A DNA stretch of 62,912 nucleotides, the filler included. It is 5 parts of 5 records of this genome, joined end to end, with 100 filler letters (N's around TTAATTAATTAA, not from the genome) between each part and the next. Parts side by side here need not be neighbours in the genome. Positions count along the whole stretch, not along the records: positions 44,477 to 54,938 come from SRR22947725_1900; positions 55,039 to 62,912 come from SRR22947725_1923; 3 more parts are not named here. One strand, 5' to 3'. The position numbers and the translations under genes were made by a program. This document shows positions 50,485 through 59,302 of the stretch, piece by piece (position 1 is the stretch's first letter; the number at the start of each line of letters is the position of its first letter). The notes under the pieces were generated by a model that ran no database searches, was not told the DNA's origin, and was given only the letters and a program-made list of their open reading frames with translations.

Positions 50485-52448
50485 TGATGCTTAATATTTA
50501 CTTGACCATTGTTCTAGCACCCTTGATTGGCTCTCTGATTGTAGGACTTGCAGGCAATCAATTAGGCAGAAAGTTATCTCATTCTATTACCATTCTGGGC
50601 GTTGCTATTTCTACTGTTCTATCTCTATATGTATTCAATCACCACGTTTTAAATGATGCTGATATTTTTAACCAAAATATATACACATGGATGCAAATTG
50701 GAAGCCTCAATATTAGTGTAGGGTTTCTAGTCGATAATCTTACCGCGGTGATGCTGGTCGTTGTTTCATTTGTTTCTCTAATGGTCCATATATACACCAT
50801 TGGCTACATGCATGATGATAAGGGCTACACTAAATTTTTTAGTTACATATCCCTTTTTACTTTTGCAATGTTTACCCTTGTAATCTCAAACAATTTCATG
50901 CAGCTCTTCTTTGGATGGGAGGCTGTCGGATTGGTGTCTTATCTTTTGATTGGATTTTGGCATCACAAAGAATCAGCGATTGAAGCAAATCTTAAAGCTT
51001 TCCTTGTGAACCGTGTTGGAGACTTTGGCTTCCTTTTAGGAATTGCCTTCGTTCTCATGTTTTTTGGAACGCTTGACTATGCTGAAACATTCAGTCAAAA
51101 AGAGCTCATTGTAGGGCAAACATTATTTGGTGATTTTTCTGCTATAACGGTTGTATGTCTTCTACTCTTTGTTGGAGCAATGGGCAAGTCGGCCCAGGTC
51201 CCACTCCACGTTTGGCTGCCAGGATCAATGGAAGGCCCAACGCCAATCTCAGCGTTGATTCACGCTGCAACGATGGTTACTGCAGGTATATTCATGGTGT
51301 CTCGTATGTCACCTCTATTTGAATTAAGTGATGTAGCATTGACAGTTGTTATGGTTATCGGTGCAATCACTGCATTATTTATGGGATTGCTTGGAATTGT
51401 TCAAAATGACATTAAAAAAGTCGTTGCTTATTCAACCCTCTCTCAGCTTGGCTATATGACTGTTGCACTTGGAGTCAGCGCCTACTCTGTTGCGATATTT
51501 CACCTCATGACGCATGCCTTTTTTAAAGCGTTACTTTTTTTGGCAGCTGGTTCTGTCATTGTCGCTCTGCACCACGAACAAGATATCAGAAAAATGGGTG
51601 GCCTCAGAAAGAAAATGCCTATCACTTATATGACCTCGCTTCTAGGTACGTTGGCTTTAATCGGATTCCCTGGATTTGCAGGCTTCTATTCAAAAGATAT
51701 GATTATTGAAGCCGTACATTATTCTGATTTGCCTTTTGCAGGATGGGCCTACTTCGCTGTTGTGCTGGGCGTATTTATAACTGCCTTTTATAGTTTGAGA
51801 TTATTGTTTTTAGTTTTTCATGGTGAATCTAGAGTTGATAGCCATACTGAGGAGCACCTTCATGAGACTGCTCCATCAATAACGGTACCCCTAGTTCTCC
51901 TTGCAATACCCTCAGTTGTAATAGGTTACTTTACTATTGAGCCCATGTTATTTGGCGGATGGCTAGAAAATGCAATTACTATCGATTCATCGCACCATGC
52001 TTTAGACAAACTTAAAAGTCATTTCCACTCTGCATTCGCACTCATAACTCATTCTGTAGTTACACTTCCATTCTGGATGATGATTGGCGGCGGTATTACA
52101 GCGTGGGTGTTTTGTTTGTATCGAACTGATTGGGCAGAGATGATTCAGTCTAAACTCAAGAGAACCAACTATGTGCTGAACTCTCTTTATGGCTTTGATA
52201 AGTTAAATGAAATTATCTTTGTGAAGGGTGCACTTAAGATTGGTAATCTCCTTTGGAAGGTCTCAGATATGGCTTTAATTGACAAGCTACTTGTCAATGG
52301 GAGTGCGAAATTTACACGTTATTTGGGCGCCTTCATAAGACCTGTTCAGACTGGCTATGTCTACCACTATGCATTCTTTATGATAGTAAGTTTGATGCTT
52401 GTTTTGGGTTGGGTGTTAATCGCTTCAGATTATTCATTTTTAAGTTAA
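50484..52448 (+). CDS. nuoL: NADH-quinone oxidoreductase subunit L
   Basis: GWEAVG, NRVGD, GKSAQ.PLH.WLP..MEGPTP, THAFFKA. Confidence 0.96.
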   Translation: MMLNIYLTIVLAPLIGSLIVGLAGNQLGRKLSHSITILGVAISTVLSLYVFNHHVLNDADIFNQNIYTWMQIGSLNISVGFLVDNLTAVMLVVVSFVSLMVHIYTIGYMHDDKGYTKFFSYISLFTFAMFTLVISNNFMQLFFGWEAVGLVSYLLIGFWHHKESAIEANLKAFLVNRVGDFGFLLGIAFVLMFFGTLDYAETFSQKELIVGQTLFGDFSAITVVCLLLFVGAMGKSAQVPLHVWLPGSMEGPTPISALIHAATMVTAGIFMVSRMSPLFELSDVALTVVMVIGAITALFMGLLGIVQNDIKKVVAYSTLSQLGYMTVALGVSAYSVAIFHLMTHAFFKALLFLAAGSVIVALHHEQDIRKMGGLRKKMPITYMTSLLGTLALIGFPGFAGFYSKDMIIEAVHYSDLPFAGWAYFAVVLGVFITAFYSLRLLFLVFHGESRVDSHTEEHLHETAPSITVPLVLLAIPSVVIGYFTIEPMLFGGWLENAITIDSSHHALDKLKSHFHSAFALITHSVVTLPFWMMIGGGITAWVFCLYRTDWAEMIQSKLKRTNYVLNSLYGFDKLNEIIFVKGALKIGNLLWKVSDMALIDKLLVNGSAKFTRYLGAFIRPVQTGYVYHYAFFMIVSLMLVLGWVLIASDYSFLS

Positions 52449-52457
52449 GGTAGAAGT

Positions 52458-54005
52458 ATGGATTCATTGCTAAGTATTTTGATTTGGTTGCCTATTTTTG
52501 GAGCTGGCGCAGTACTGTTGATTGGAAATAATAGAAGCCAACTTGCAAGATGGGTCAGCGCTGGCATATCAATACTCGTCTTTCTTTTATCTATAAATTT
52601 GTTTTTAGACTTTGATACAAATACATCATCGATGCAGTTTGTTGAAAAAATGAGCTGGATTTCTCAGTTTAATATTTTTTATCATCTGGGAATAGATGGA
52701 ATTTCAATGCCTTTGATTATCTTGACTACTTTTTCTACAATATTGGTCATCATTGCTGGGTGGGAGGTTATTAAAAATAGGGTGGCTGATTACATGGCTG
52801 CATTTTTAATGATGGAGGGGATCATTATTGGTGTCTTCTCAGCAATGGACTCAATGCTTTACTATGTTTTTTGGGAAGCTTCATTAATACCAATGCTTCT
52901 AATCATCGGAGTTTGGGGTGGTCAAAATCGTGTTTATGCCGCAATTAAGTTCTTTTTGTACACATTCCTAGGTTCGGTATTTATGCTTGTTTCACTCATT
53001 TATATGTACAACCTTGGTGGTTCATTTACTATTTCTGATATGCATTCTTTGCCATTAACATTGAGTCAGCAGAGCTGGATTTTTTGGGCATTTTTCCTTG
53101 CATTTGCGGTCAAAGTTCCAATGTTTCCAGTTCATACATGGCTTCCTGATGCCCACGTTCAGGCGCCAACAGGGGGCTCAGTAATTCTAGCTGCTATTAT
53201 GTTGAAAATGGGTGGTTATGGATTCTTTAGATTCTCACTACCTATAACGCCAGATGCATCATCCTATTTTTCTTTTGTTGTCATCGTGCTCTCATTAATT
53301 GCCATTGTCTATATTGGCTTCGTTGCCCTAGTACAAAAGGACATGAAAAAATTAATTGCTTACTCCTCAATCTCTCATATGGGGTTCGTTACTTTAGGTG
53401 TCTTCGCTTTATTCTCAATTATGAAAATGGACTCAAATGGTGAACTTATATCGATTGCTGGAGCAAGTATTGAAAGTGCATACCTTGGGCTAGAGGGAGC
53501 AATGATTCAAATGGTTTCTCATGGCTTCATATCTGCCGCTATGTTCTTGGTAGTTGGCGTGCTATATGATCGTCTTCATTCCAGGGAAATTTCTACTTAC
53601 GGCGGTGTTGTCAATTCAATGCCAAAATTTACAGGGTTTGCTGTTTTGTTTGCAATGGCAAATGCTGGACTCCCAGGTACCTCCGGTTTTGTTGGAGAAT
53701 TTATGGTCATCTTAGGTGCGCTTCAAGCAAATTTTTGGTACGCATTTTTAGCATCTATGACTCTGATCGTTGGTGCGGCATATACACTATGGATGGTTAA
53801 ACGGGTATTTTGGGGACCAATTGTCAATCCAGATGTAAAAACGCTGAGTGATGTTAACGCCAGAGAATTTGGTGTCCTTTCAATTCTTGCAGTGGCGGTA
53901 TTGTGGATGGGTATTTATCCTCAGCCCGTAATTGAGGTAATGCATATTTCTATCGCAAACCTTTTAGAGCAGTCCCTTACGACTAAAATACCAGCTATAT
54001 TATGA
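52458..54005 (+). CDS. nuoM: NADH-quinone oxidoreductase subunit M
   Basis: VKVPMFPVHTWLPDAH, LIAYSSISH, GLPGTSGFVGE. Confidence 0.96.
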   Translation: MDSLLSILIWLPIFGAGAVLLIGNNRSQLARWVSAGISILVFLLSINLFLDFDTNTSSMQFVEKMSWISQFNIFYHLGIDGISMPLIILTTFSTILVIIAGWEVIKNRVADYMAAFLMMEGIIIGVFSAMDSMLYYVFWEASLIPMLLIIGVWGGQNRVYAAIKFFLYTFLGSVFMLVSLIYMYNLGGSFTISDMHSLPLTLSQQSWIFWAFFLAFAVKVPMFPVHTWLPDAHVQAPTGGSVILAAIMLKMGGYGFFRFSLPITPDASSYFSFVVIVLSLIAIVYIGFVALVQKDMKKLIAYSSISHMGFVTLGVFALFSIMKMDSNGELISIAGASIESAYLGLEGAMIQMVSHGFISAAMFLVVGVLYDRLHSREISTYGGVVNSMPKFTGFAVLFAMANAGLPGTSGFVGEFMVILGALQANFWYAFLASMTLIVGAAYTLWMVKRVFWGPIVNPDVKTLSDVNAREFGVLSILAVAVLWMGIYPQPVIEVMHISIANLLEQSLTTKIPAIL

Positions 54006-54938
54006 TGAATTTTAACTTTAATGTTTCAGAACTAATCTTTATTTTGCCGGAGCTTTTTCTCCTAAGCGCAATTTCTTTTATTTTATTATTTGATTTATTT
54101 GTTAGTGAGAAATACAAAAAATATTCTTATCATTTGTCTCAATTGGCGTTAATAATTACAGGTTTTCTTGCGTTTAATCTAATTGGTGAGAGCGCAACTA
54201 TTTTCTCTGGGACATTCGTGCTGGATAATTTAGGCTCAACCTTTAAAGTATTTGTTCTTGGGTTTTCAGTGATTGCGCTTGTTTACTCTCGTCAATACCT
54301 TATAGTCCATGAGCTATTAAGGAACGAATATTTCATTCTTGCGCTAATGTCCATTCTTGGAATGATGGTTATGATATCTGGACATAGCCTCCTTACTTTG
54401 TATTTGGGATTGGAAATAATGTCACTCTCACTTTATGCACTTATAGCAACTGCAAGGGATAGAGCCTTTGCGATTGAGGCTGCATTAAAGTATTTTGTTT
54501 TAGGTGCTATTGCTTCAGGTTTGCTACTGTATGGAATGTCGATGATCTATGGCATAACTGGTGGCTTAGATATTGCCCAGATTTCAAATTTTGCAAGTTC
54601 ATCCACACTAGAATCTCAAGAAACATTGATTCTTAATTTTGGTCTAGTTTTTCTTGTAATCGGTGTTGCTTTCAAACTTGGTGCAGTTCCTTTTCATATG
54701 TGGGTGCCAGATGTCTATCAAGGCTCACCTACTTCAGTCACAATGTTTCTATCAACGGTTCCAAAGATTGCAGCAGTTGCCTTATTAGTTCGACTGCTTA
54801 TTGATGGTTTGGGTAATTTTCAGCAGTATTGGGCTGATTTATTTATGATCCTAGCTGTCCTTTCCATTGCTGTCGGATCGCTAGTTGCATTGACTCAAGT
54901 GAATATTAAAAGAATGCTCGCTTATTCAACTATATCGC
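54002..54938 (+). CDS. nuoN: NADH-quinone oxidoreductase subunit N, 3' truncated
   Basis: EAALKYF, FKLGAVPFHMWVPDVY, KRMLAYSTIS. Confidence 0.95.
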
Positions 54939-55038
54939 NNNNNNNNNNNNNNNNNNNNNNNNNNNNNNNNNNNNNNNNNNNNTTAATTAATTAANNNNNN
55001 NNNNNNNNNNNNNNNNNNNNNNNNNNNNNNNNNNNNNN
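54939..55038. other. artificial contig linker
   Basis: 44 N + TTAATTAATTAA + 44 N. Confidence 0.99.
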
Positions 55039-55144
55039 CTATGTCATCAATTGTATAGGAATCTTGATATTTTATAGCTTTTGCTATAAGAGGCCTGCAC
55101 TTGATCCATTCTTCTTTCCAAGACTTTTTAATCGCCTTTTGCAT
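55039..55144 (-). CDS. phage hypothetical protein, truncated by contig end
   Basis: Manual translation MQKAIKKSWKEEWIKCRPLIAKAIKYQDSYTIDDI...; overlaps the stop of the upstream gene. Confidence 0.55.
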
Positions 55145-55490
55145 ATTCTACGATGCTCGCATAAACAGTTAAATTACCAGCACGATCTGCTTGTACTTTT
55201 ACAACATCACCTTGGTGTAATACTAAACTTCTAGTTAATAATTCTTCAGTATTGTAAGCAGTAATAGTAAATTCTTTAAATAAGGTATAAGTAGTAGCCT
55301 CATGCGTTACAGTAACTGTTAAATCGGTATTTTGATTGCTGTGGTCACAAACCAATATAGATTCAACAATTGAAAAACTAAAATCATCTCCGCTTGGAGA
55401 AGTATATAATGTTGTTAAATCTGTAGTAGTTAGTAATTCATGTGCTGATTCAGCTCTTTGTATATACTGTCTTTGTGAGGATAAATCCAT
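55128..55490 (-). CDS. phage hypothetical beta-rich protein
   Basis: 120 aa; overlaps both neighbours in the operon. Confidence 0.7.
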   Translation of the reverse strand: MDLSSQRQYIQRAESAHELLTTTDLTTLYTSPSGDDFSFSIVESILVCDHSNQNTDLTVTVTHEATTYTLFKEFTITAYNTEELLTRSLVLHQGDVVKVQADRAGNLTVYASIVEYAKGD

Positions 55491-57004
55491 TATCTTCTAC
55501 CCCTTGGTTTAATATCTAGTCTTATATTACCAACTTGAAAGTCTTGAGTTAAAGAACCGGTTACTGTCATAGATACTTGTCTTGCTGTAAACCTTGCATC
55601 GGTATAACCATCTGATTCAAAGGTAAAGTTACCAAAGTCTGTTTCTGTTCCTAGCGGTGTGTTCTTGCCTTTAAAACCTACTGTTATGCCTGGTAATGTT
55701 GCTGCTTCTTCATCTGGAATGATCTGATTAACTTGCACCACTCTATCACCATTGCCTATTTCTATAGGTGCGCTTTCACAAAATGGTACTTGCGTTCCTA
55801 TTCCTGGTGAATCAAATAAAACTCTCTTATCATGCTCATAGACATTACCGCTTGAATCACATGCTAATGGGTAATCAAATACACCTTGGTCTACCCAACA
55901 TGTTCTGTCCATTGATCCTATTGACCATACGTTATCTAAATAATTCCAAATAACATATCTGTTTGGTGTTGATTGATAGTCATCGCCAACTGGGAAAAAC
56001 CACCATATTTCATTAAAGTCTATATTCTGTGTGCCAAAAGTATTTTCTTGATTTTCAACTCTTATGTTATCAAAAATATAATCATGCACATCTGACTTAA
56101 GTTCTCTTAGCTTTCCATCAAATGTAAAAAATGAGTTTTCACCTATCCAAGATAAAAATCCACCAGATGATGCTATGGCTCTTGGGCTTATAGCTTTACA
56201 GTTTACGCCAGCATCTTGTATACCATATACAAAAGGTGAGCCTACATAATAAAGCCTATTAATACCAACATCTGTAAAAATAATAATATCGTTCTGCCAT
56301 TTAACTGCATATAAAGCTCTACCGCCTGTTGGTATTTGCAAGTCACCTGCTGTATTTCTAGCAGTAGATGTCCAGTTAGTATTATCTTCTCTATCTGACC
56401 AAGATACTCTTCTTGGATCTGTGTATGATCCTATGGCTATTAGATGTCTTTCATTACTAACTATAATAGCTTGACAGCCTATTGGAGAATTACTGATTTG
56501 TGTAGCTATAGTATCTGGTGATCCTGATCCTGCATCTGGTCTCCATTGGTATATCTTACCGTCACTAGAACAACAGAAAACTAAATGCTCACCCCAGTTA
56601 TCAAATGAAAAATGATCTACTTTAAGTGCCAATGTAGATGTTGATCTTTCATCACCGTAATCTTCTTCACCGTAATCGTATGTACCGTAACCAGTTGATG
56701 AGTTGACTATATCGCCTACAAAACCTGACGGTGTTATATCTATCCAAGCATCTTCATAAAATACATAGACTTTGCTTCTAGTGCCAACTGCTAAAACTTT
56801 TTCTCCGTCATTGGTTCTATAAGAATACATAGCTATTGGTGTGCCTACTAAGGTAGTACCTTCAAAATTTGTCCAACCGCCTATTGGTTTTAAATAACCA
56901 TTTTCAAAACGCACCAAATCACCATCTACCCAACGACCTTTGTTAGCGTAGTCAGTACCGTTTTTTACTATTCCTGCGGGTGGTGTAATTGGGTATAGGG
57001 CCAT
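55490..57004 (-). CDS. putative tail hub / packaged-DNA stabilisation protein (P22 gp10-like beta-propeller)
   Basis: ~500 aa beta-rich with WSD, DNWGE, FNEIWWFFP, YVIWNYLDNVW motifs typical of this family by eye; AGGAG ribosome-binding site. Confidence 0.6.
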   Translation of the reverse strand: MALYPITPPAGIVKNGTDYANKGRWVDGDLVRFENGYLKPIGGWTNFEGTTLVGTPIAMYSYRTNDGEKVLAVGTRSKVYVFYEDAWIDITPSGFVGDIVNSSTGYGTYDYGEEDYGDERSTSTLALKVDHFSFDNWGEHLVFCCSSDGKIYQWRPDAGSGSPDTIATQISNSPIGCQAIIVSNERHLIAIGSYTDPRRVSWSDREDNTNWTSTARNTAGDLQIPTGGRALYAVKWQNDIIIFTDVGINRLYYVGSPFVYGIQDAGVNCKAISPRAIASSGGFLSWIGENSFFTFDGKLRELKSDVHDYIFDNIRVENQENTFGTQNIDFNEIWWFFPVGDDYQSTPNRYVIWNYLDNVWSIGSMDRTCWVDQGVFDYPLACDSSGNVYEHDKRVLFDSPGIGTQVPFCESAPIEIGNGDRVVQVNQIIPDEEAATLPGITVGFKGKNTPLGTETDFGNFTFESDGYTDARFTARQVSMTVTGSLTQDFQVGNIRLDIKPRGRR

Positions 57005-57013
57005 TGTCAGCTC

Positions 57014-57901
57014 CTATACTGTACGTTTCCACATATATGCAACTATGTATGGTTGTAAGTTATTATGCGCTTCACCGCCACCTGTGGCTTGTGTAGTTTG
57101 TGTTGATGTTGGCGCACCACCAGCAACCTCTATTTCTCCAGTACCACCTGGATTATCACTAGTGCTTAATGAATGTGTATGTGATGGTATTTCACTAATA
57201 GAAAGCGTATGTGTTTTTGCACCTCCAGTCTCTTCTGCTGTGTCAAAATCTGTATCACCAGAGTCTAAACCAACTATAACCTTACCAGCTCCGAAAGCTA
57301 CCCATGTACCAAAGCCAAGCAATGTTGCTGGATTAGTTGAACTGGTTGCATTGATATAAATAGATCCAACTGGATATACTTTTTCTAGCACGTTAGTACC
57401 ATCGATTTGTAGCTCGCCACCAGTAGTATTGACATTGCCACTAGCTGTTACAGTTGTTGCTGTTACTGTGGTTGCTGCAACAGTTGATGCTGAATTAGCA
57501 CCGATAGCAGTACCATCTATTGCACCGCCATTAATATCTACTGTAGTTAATGTAGATGTACCGCTTATTGTTGCGCTGTTTAAAGTAGCTAAACCAGTTG
57601 TTGATAAAGTAGTAAATGCACCTGTAGAAGCTGAGTTAGCTCCTATTGTCGATCCATCTATAGCACCACCATTGACATCAATAGTTGTAAAAGATGCTGT
57701 ACCAGTAGAGGTTAATGTTCCTGCAACTGTTAAAGTTTTACTGCTACCGACATTAAGACCAACACTAGTTCCGTTACCAGCGTCTGCAAATATATTATCA
57801 ATTTGATCTAAATCGGTATTTAATCTTGTTCCCCACTCGTTAGTAGCGCCTCCTACTTGTGGTTTTCTCAAGTTTAAATTGGTGGTATAGGTATCTGCCA
57901 T
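57014..57901 (-). CDS. short phage fibre/spike protein with collar-like C-terminal domain
   Basis: Thr/Gly-rich shaft with a 47-aa repeat; VYPVGSIY...[17 protein letters not shown]...HNNLQPY motifs. Confidence 0.75.
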   Translation of the reverse strand: MADTYTTNLNLRKPQVGGATNEWGTRLNTDLDQIDNIFADAGNGTSVGLNVGSSKTLTVAGTLTSTGTASFTTIDVNGGAIDGSTIGANSASTGAFTTLSTTGLATLNSATISGTSTLTTVDINGGAIDGTAIGANSASTVAATTVTATTVTASGNVNTTGGELQIDGTNVLEKVYPVGSIYINATSSTNPATLLGFGTWVAFGAGKVIVGLDSGDTDFDTAEETGGAKTHTLSISEIPSHTHSLSTSDNPGGTGEIEVAGGAPTSTQTTQATGGGEAHNNLQPYIVAYMWKRTV

Positions 57902-57906
57902 GATGC

Positions 57907-58014
57907 TTACTTATTAATTTTAGATTTAATTAATTCAATCCATTGTGGTTTTTTTTTATATATTATAAACCCAACAACTGCTATTAGTATAATTATTTCT
58001 ATTAATGTTTCCAT
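57907..58014 (-). CDS. 35-aa single-pass membrane protein [35 protein letters not shown]
   Basis: Manual translation; fills the gap between two genes (2 nt and 5 nt spacing); below the ORF-track size cutoff. Confidence 0.7.
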   Translation of the reverse strand: METLIEIIILIAVVGFIIYKKKPQWIELIKSKINK

Positions 58015-58016
58015 TA

Positions 58017-58361
58017 CTAAGATTCTAAAGTTTTTGTTACTGACGTTGGATTTTTTTGATTTTCTATTTGTGAATCTAAAGCAGCTTTTAAATTAGCTAC
58101 TTCTTCTTCACCCATAGCAGTTTCAACCCAACCCTGTACTTGTGAACTTGTCACGCTTTCAAAGTTTGTGAAGTTTGAAAGGTCTGAAGTATCAAGGCTT
58201 TGAGTACCATAGACTGAAGCAACGTAAGGATTACCTTCTGCATCGACTTCAGTATCGGTAGCGTTCAAACGCCAGTGTACTAGATAAATCACATTGCTGT
58301 GACCTTCTTCGGATGGGTACACATCAACTGTGTTTACATTCCATGTATAAGTTATTGCCAT
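58017..58361 (-). CDS. phage conserved hypothetical protein, fibre-associated by position
   Basis: 114 aa, YTW...VHWR...VQGWV pattern; AGGAG ribosome-binding site. Confidence 0.7.
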   Translation of the reverse strand: MAITYTWNVNTVDVYPSEEGHSNVIYLVHWRLNATDTEVDAEGNPYVASVYGTQSLDTSDLSNFTNFESVTSSQVQGWVETAMGEEEVANLKAALDSQIENQKNPTSVTKTLES

Positions 58362-58390
58362 TTTTATTCTCCTATATAAGTTATTAATTT

Positions 58391-58419
58391 ATTATATTCT
58401 ATATTACATCAAGTTTCAT
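58391..58419 (-). promoter_or_regulatory. possible sigma70-type promoter
   Basis: ATGAAA-17 nt-TATAAT in the only sizeable intergenic gap; AT-rich, so a chance match is possible. Confidence 0.35.
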
Positions 58420-58427
58420 TTTGTTAA

Positions 58428-58583
58428 CTAATCAACTAGATTAGTCCACATATATTCTTCTGCTTCTTCTAGTGTTGTAAAGGTTTGTACATCTTCCTCA
58501 GTGTTATTATCTACTATAGTAAAAGTAGTCTCATCATATTTGACAATAACATAGGGAACATTGGTTATAGGTCCTAAACTCAT
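58428..58583 (-). CDS. 51-aa acidic phage protein MSLGPITNVPYVIVKYDETT...EEAEEYMWTNLVD
   Basis: Manual translation; TAATG stop/start overlap with the upstream gene and GGAG just upstream. Confidence 0.7.
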   Translation of the reverse strand: MSLGPITNVPYVIVKYDETTFTIVDNNTEEDVQTFTTLEEAEEYMWTNLVD

Positions 58584-59302
58584 TACTCTCCGCCTCCGCC
58601 TCCGCCTCCGCCTAGTCCTCTAGTTGCACTTAAATCTATAGTTTTGGAGCCACTGTCGTAACCTGTTGAATTTGGATAATAAGTTCCGCTCAAAGAAGCT
58701 CTCATATAAAAAGTAACACTACCGCTTAATGTTCTAGTTCCACTGCCACTACTTACTGTGCATGTCCATGACCATAGAGGGGAATAAGTGCTGGTGCTTA
58801 CAGTTGTCCAAGTATCAGTAGTTGGACCTGTTGTTGATGCAGTTCCAACAGAACCAGAAGTAGTAGTACTATACACTGCTTTTGCTTCAAAGGTAGCACT
58901 GTCTAATCCTACGTAGCCTTGATACGCATAAGAATAAACCGCTGCTGCACTTGAATTAAAAGTGGTAAAACGATGCTCTAATCTATCGTTAGCAGTATCA
59001 ACTTTTTGGGCATAGTTGCACCCAACTTCAGCAAAGGTTGCATTAGTATAACTTTGAAAGCCCCATGGGTCTGGAGCAGTAGATAGTCCTGATAATGGCC
59101 AAGTGTTTAGTGATACAGTAACTGCTGATTTACCATAAAAATCAGACATAGAGATAGCACCTGAAGCTACACCTGCAAGAGTTCTTAAATCAGTTTCACC
59201 CATAGAAGATGTTGCTGTTGCACTCCTACCTAGTTCTAAATTAATAGACCTATCAGTTGTAGTACCGCCAATAGACATAGTTCCGCTACTTGCTAGAGTC
59301 AT
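58583..59302 (-). CDS. putative fibre-tip adhesin / receptor-binding protein
   Basis: Directly follows the chaperone-bearing fibre; N-terminal module ends ISMSDFYGKS; S/T/Y/W-rich beta C-terminus with poly-Gly end. Confidence 0.55.
   Translation of the reverse strand: MTLASSGTMSIGGTTTDRSINLELGRSATATSSMGETDLRTLAGVASGAISMSDFYGKSAVTVSLNTWPLSGLSTAPDPWGFQSYTNATFAEVGCNYAQKVDTANDRLEHRFTTFNSSAAAVYSYAYQGYVGLDSATFEAKAVYSTTTSGSVGTASTTGPTTDTWTTVSTSTYSPLWSWTCTVSSGSGTRTLSGSVTFYMRASLSGTYYPNSTGYDSGSKTIDLSATRGLGGGGGGGGE
58588..58613 (+). repeat. hexamer tandem repeat (CTCCGC)4 encoding poly-Gly
   Basis: Read directly; GGCGGA repeat on the minus strand. Confidence 0.9.

Noticed and set aside
44477..54938. 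nuo operon anomalies, such as NuoG lacking the N7 cysteines
   Set aside because: Gene order is canonical and N7 is absent from many proteobacterial NuoG proteins; an ordinary region.
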